A stretch of 62,672 nucleotides of DNA, the filler included, from Kipferlia bialata (lineage: Eukaryota), in the NCBI GenBank assembly GCA_003568945.1. It is 6 parts of 6 records of this genome, joined end to end, with 100 filler letters (N's around TTAATTAATTAA, not from the genome) between each part and the next. Parts side by side here need not be neighbours in the genome. Positions count along the whole stretch, not along the records: positions 52,320 to 62,672 come from BDIP01001447.1; 5 more parts are not named here. The stretch is one strand, 5' to 3'. The notes beneath the pieces are model-generated. The model saw only the letters and a program-made list of their open reading frames with translations. It was not told where the DNA came from and made no database searches. The translations under genes and the position numbers were made by a program. Shown in pieces: positions 57,148 to 62,672 of the stretch (the stretch's first letter is position 1; every line of letters begins with the position of its first letter).

Positions 57148-60100
57148 CAACTATTTATGTATATATATGTATACATCATTACCTTCTGATGCCGTGTCTC
57201 CTCATCTTCTCCTTCTTGGCCAGCCTCTTTCTCTCTCTCTCTCTCTCTCATTCTATCTATATACATATAAATGAACTCCTACCTTCTGATACCGTGTCTC
57301 CTCATCTTCTCCTTCTTTGTCAGTTTGGCTGCACCCTCCAACAGCCTAAGGGCAGAGGACTTGACCTTGAGGATCTGGGGTTAACACTAAAAACAATAAC
57401 TAAATACATACGGATATACTTATAGAGCGACTACCATATATACTACAATAGCAGTCTAAGGGCAGAGGACTTGACCTTGAGGATCTGGAGGGTTAACAGA
57501 AAGAATATTACACCAACATATATATACATATACAATATGTATGGCATAACCCCTATAATACTTACTCACTTGCTGTTCACCGCACAGACATAACACTGAT
57601 TCATAATCACAATACATACATAACAGTACATGCTCAGTCTACACATATATACTCACATACATATATATTCATCTGACCTCCCTGTAAAGAAATTATTACA
57701 CACATATATATATGCATGTATATAAATGAAAATCTTACCTCGCCACTTGCGTAATATACATATGTATAGGTATATATATAAACAATGTGTATCCTATGCA
57801 CACTATGAATTATACCTCGCCACTAGCTGTCTCACTGCACAGACACAGCACGGCTAGTGCACCCAGGGCTGTAGTGAGTGGTAAGAGGGATGAACGGCAA
57901 TATATAGTCAAAACACCGATAGACTATACATACAGTGTCGCATCTCAACACTATACTATAATGTACCTGTCAGTACAGCACAGCCGTGTAAATACACATT
58001 GTATATATATAGCATACATATTTGTATATATCCCTGTCCACAACCCCGTCAACCCAATATATACAGTCCCATACCACTACTACCGTATATACCTGTCAGC
58101 ACTGCACAGCTGACCCCACATAGCACCAAGGGGTATGCCCACAATGTACAAACGTTCAATGTATACATATATGTATATATATATATATACCTGTCAATAC
58201 AGCACAGCTGACCCCGCACAGCACCAATGGGTATGCCCAGGGGACCATGCCAGTGGAGGTGCCGGTGGGGTTGTCATTGCCTATGGAGTCAGTTGTATTC
58301 GTATATATATGTATATATACTAATAATATACAAATATGTATATGTATACATATATATGGGACCATGCCGGTGGAGGTGCCAGTGGGGTTGTCATTGCCTA
58401 GTCAGTTAGCAATAGAATAGAGGATATATACATATATATATACTCATGACGTATCATGTATATATATAAGTGGAGGTGCTGGTGAGGTTGTCGTTGCCTA
58501 GAGAGTAAGTCTAGGAATATGCATAATTGAAGTACATATATGTGATAAGAGATAGCAAGGAGACCAGAGAGGGGGGGGGGGGGAAGAGAGGAGTACCTAG
58601 GAGGCCGGCAAACCATGGGAGGAGGCGGACATACAGAGACCCCAGGGGGTATCCCAGACAGAGGGTGCTGACAACACCTGGAATAAGGGTGTAAGAATGG
58701 ATGGATAGCGAGAGAGAGAGACCAAAGGGGGTAGCCCAGACAGAGGGTGCTGACAACACCTGGGGAGGATAAAGGGTGTAGGGAGAGAGAGAGTGATAGA
58801 GGGAGAGAGAGAGAGAGAATAATCCATACAGTACCTGCCTCCACCCACACCAGGTTCAGGGGTGCAAAGCCTATGCAGTCAAGCAAGGCGGCATAGGAGG
58901 AGACAATGACCATGCCTAGGGGTTAGTATATACATACTATACACATAAATATGTACGTATTTACACATACGTGTACATAAACGCAATGAACACAATACGT
59001 AGACTAATAGAGTGTATATATAGTCAAGCAGGGCGGCATAGGAGGAGACAATGACCATGCCTGGGGGTGAGGACATACTACAAACACTAGAGTATCAATG
59101 TGCTGTAGAGGCAATGAAGAACACTGAGCACGCCGTACTAACAATGATATACACATTAGAATAGTGCACTATATCAGGAGTATTCAACACTGTCATCAGT
59201 TCCGTCAGAAGAACCCATTAGAATAGTGACTATATCATTAGAATAGCGACCATTTCATTAGAATAGTGAATATATCATTAGAATAGCGACTATTTCATTA
59301 GAATAGCACCTGAGAAGAACCCTGAGCAGACTCTACTCACTATCAAAAGTCCGTCTGTGTCTCTGTAGGACAGGGCAAGAAGGAGCCATGAGACAGAGGC
59401 GCCTAGTGTAAGACGGGTGTCAGTATGTCTATGAGTGCTAGATATAGATAGAGAGGGAGGGAAGAAGAGAGAGAGTAAGTAGCCATGAGACTGAGTCGCT
59501 CGGATCCATAATAGACACAATGAGAGAGAGAGAGAGGAAGAGTATAATACTCACCACAGAGTCCTGTGATCATTGATCCCTTGCGCCCTCTCTTATCCAC
59601 GGCACTGCCTGTTGGTCAGAGTTACTGATCCAGTACATGTTTACTATTATCTGCTATATATGCACACAAACTGAAACTGTAAGAGTAATGATATATATCC
59701 ACTGCACTGCCTGGGGTCAGAGACGGATATTGAATCGATCAATAATAGTAATACTAATAATGAAGATCTCTCACTGTGGTATCATGATGACAATAATGAA
59801 ATTGTATGGTAATACCTGATAAGGGTATAACCAGTAGTAGATGGAGTGTAAGTGCAACGGACGTCTTGTACAGCAGGGGCACATATATATACACTATATA
59901 TACTATATATATACTATATAGGCACACATATATACACATACCTGTAAAGGGGATTACTAGCAGCAATGGCAGTGCAAACGCAATGGATGTCTTGTACAGC
60001 AGGGGCACGGTGTAGGTGAGGCTGGCCGATAGAGTGAACCTAGGAGTGAGGTGATAGATGCACAAGAGCATATGTGCATATGCATAGCAAAGAGCCACGG

Positions 60101-61488
60101 CGTAATGTGAAGCTCACTTATACCACTCACTTTATGAACATTTGTGGCAGCAGGACCCTATATATAAAGAGTCATAATACTACACCTATATCACTTCATA
60201 TATATACATGTACATATGTAGATATACATGTATATACATACTTTATGAACATGTGTGGCAGCATGACCCCCAAGAGTGACAGCATCAGAACGAGGCCATA
60301 GACGGAGGTGTTCAGAAGCCTCTGGAGGGTAAGAAGGAGTGTAGGGGGGAGAGAGAGAGAGAGAGAGAGAGACAGCATCAGGACAAGGCCATAGACTGCG
60401 GTGTTGAGTCGCTTCTAGCATATAAGAAGGGGTACCGAAAGAAAGAGAGAGAGAGAGAGAGAGAGTAGCAAAACAGATATACACACCACTATACAAAGCT
60501 TACCTGGGGGTTGTCGTGCATTGTGTTAATTATTTACGACACATTACATATACAATAATAACAATCCATACACATTATCCATATACAAATATATATATAG
60601 GAAGTACTCAGGTACCTGGGGGTTGTCGTGCATTGTGACAAATATATTTATAAATATTCATTCATATCCATATCTATACTACGATAGTTGGGTTATATTA
60701 ATGGTATTACTATTACATATACTATGTATAGTTGTATATATAGTATCACATCCTCTACCTGGGGGTTGTCGTGTATTGACCAGTTACACATAGAATACTT
60801 AAGTATACAATAGAACAAATACATCTGTTGTGTATATATCATATACATAAATAGCTTCATAACGGTACCTGGGGGTTGTCGTGCATTGTGACGAGGAAGG
60901 GCTCATGGAGAAAGGGCTCTGGTGGTTAGATATATATGAAAGAGGTAGATAGATAGTCAAAGAGAGAGAGAGAGAGAGATGAAGACAGGATGAGAGAGAG
61001 AGAGACAGAGATGGGGAGGGCTCATGGAGAAAGGGCTCTAGTGGTTAGATTTATGGAGAGAGTGAAAGATATTGATAGAGAACAGGGAGAGAGGAAGGGC
61101 TCTGGTGAAGATTCAGAGAATATATTCTATATATGAGAATATGTAGAAATAGACTGCATTCATCATGTCATGGGGGAGAATGCAAAAAGAGAGGAGAGAG
61201 GATACCGAGAGGTGGGGTAGGGGGGAGGAGCGAGAGAATTCATACTTCAGGGGCAGCAAATATAAATATAGAGTATATGTATTAGTGATATATATTTATA
61301 ATCTGACACAGGTCACGTGTCGGAGCCCACACCTTGAAGAGAAAGAGACAGAGACAGAGGGAGGGGGAGAGACCAAATGAGGGGAAGAGGGAGAGGCACA
61401 GAGAGAGAGAGAGAGAGATAGGACACATACTATACACTATATATATCCACATACCATCATAGTGAACCACTTTCTTCTGCCTCGCCAT
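54090..61488 (-). CDS. Major facilitator superfamily transporter (both ends approximate)
   Basis: About 20 exons. MFS motif A: GSAVDKRGRKGSM (~59555-59608). Motif B-like: LIVSRVCSGFFSG. Multiple TM segments, a central basic loop and RWRGISTAL before TM11. Confidence 0.82.
59216..59307. repeat. Intronic 20-bp minisatellite (CATTAGAATAGYGACTATWT), ~4.5 copies
   Basis: Direct tandem units adjoining a donor of the MFS gene; one more partial unit near 59154. Confidence 0.85.
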
Positions 61489-62230
61489 CAGTGCACTCCT
61501 CTCTCTCTCTCTCTCTCTCTTTCCCTGTGCTTTCTCTACTTCTGGTGTATCACTCAACACCAAGAGCTGTACGGTCAGAAGATCCTGAGATGAGAGGGAA
61601 GGCGAGGATTCATTCACACATATAGTAACAAATATTGACAAAATGCAGTGGTGACAGACAACAACGAGTAACTATTGCCACTGTATACATATGCAGTCTC
61701 TAGCAAGAGGTATGTCAGACAGGGGGACACACCTCAGACACCAACAGGGGTGGTGGGATGAGAGAGTGGAGGTGGACTATAAATATCAGCCAACATTTTT
61801 GCGTCACAGTGTTGCAAAAGGGTGTAGTGTGACTATCAATGCATTGTCTCTAGCTGCTTGGAGTACGCATATATAGTCAAGCGAGCTATCACCGGTGTGC
61901 TCTGAGACCCAGGGATTGGTAGCAGGTACTCTCTTTGCCATACACTCTCCCCTCTGTCTGCATGTATGTAGAGTTCCACCCTGCAGGGTTCTCCCATATT
62001 AATCTTACTCTCTGTCTCTCTCTCGATCATTCTCCCTCCCTATGTCTCTAGGGGATAGTATGTAGTCTGACGGAGACCAATATACTACAAATGCATGTTT
62101 ACTACCTCTCTCTCTCTCTCTCTCTGTCTCCCCCCCCCCCCCCCCCAACCCCCCCCCCCCCTGCCCCCTCTTCTCTCATCACAACTCACTCGTCTGTGTG
62201 TAGGTGTACTATAGCCATTCTGACCCACAG

Positions 62231-62549
62231 GGCGTCTCTTTGAACTGACAGATCATGACGACAGGGAACTGCGGTGTTACATACCCGATGGAAGGTACCC
62301 TCTAAATATACATATGTATAATAGTATTTTAGTATATATTCCTGAAGAGAGTAGTAGGTGATACATACCGAGACGGCATGTACCCCCCCCCCCCTTCTCT
62401 CTCTCTCTCTCTTCTTCTTCCTTAAAGCCTCATTCCTACCCCTTTACTCTTCTCGTTGTCCATTCTGATCTCCAGCGATAGATTGAATCTATATGTATAT
62501 GTGTATTCTTATCCCCTAGTGAGTATGAGCTCCCCCTGCCAGACATACC
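62231..62549 (+). CDS. Possible partial gene at the contig end
   Basis: CTGACCCACAG acceptor, exon RLFELTDHDDRELRCYIPDG, a donor echo at ~62360 and a further acceptor at ~62518. Confidence 0.35.
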
Positions 62550-62672
62550 ATTTTATATTCAAATGTCATGTTATATGTATTATATATGTATATTATTTCA
62601 TGTATATAACAAAAGTGTTAGAGGATAAAACACCAATATTGTCGCTTCAGTTGTTGATAAGGGGCTAGCAAT

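Noticed and set aside
4034..62668. Many short ORFs rich in YI, SL, ER and CV dipeptides
   Set aside because: Translations of intronic microsatellites.

Overview
This is eukaryotic, very intron-rich genomic DNA read in the standard genetic code. It is not one locus: six unrelated contigs of about 10.35 kb, in descending length order, are joined by artificial 100-nt N44-TTAATTAATTAA-N44 spacers. GC3-rich short exons, microsatellite-filled introns and a branch point fused to the acceptor (YTNAC-N2-5-YAG) suggest a free-living metamonad such as Kipferlia (inference, not verified). Hand-splicing gives: a large type I membrane protein with FG-GAP-like and Ig-like repeats; a GT8 glycosyltransferase fused in frame to a VP39-family cap 2'-O-methyltransferase; a coiled-coil/helical protein; a large S/T-rich extracellular-like protein; a divergent PABP; CDC50; an extended-PHD protein; an MFS transporter; and several hypotheticals. 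The most striking signal is the intron architecture. Most long introns carry truncated 'echo' copies of the flanking exon ends, each with its splice site, in nested order. These echoes differ from the functional exon mostly at synonymous positions, which neutral tandem duplication does not explain.
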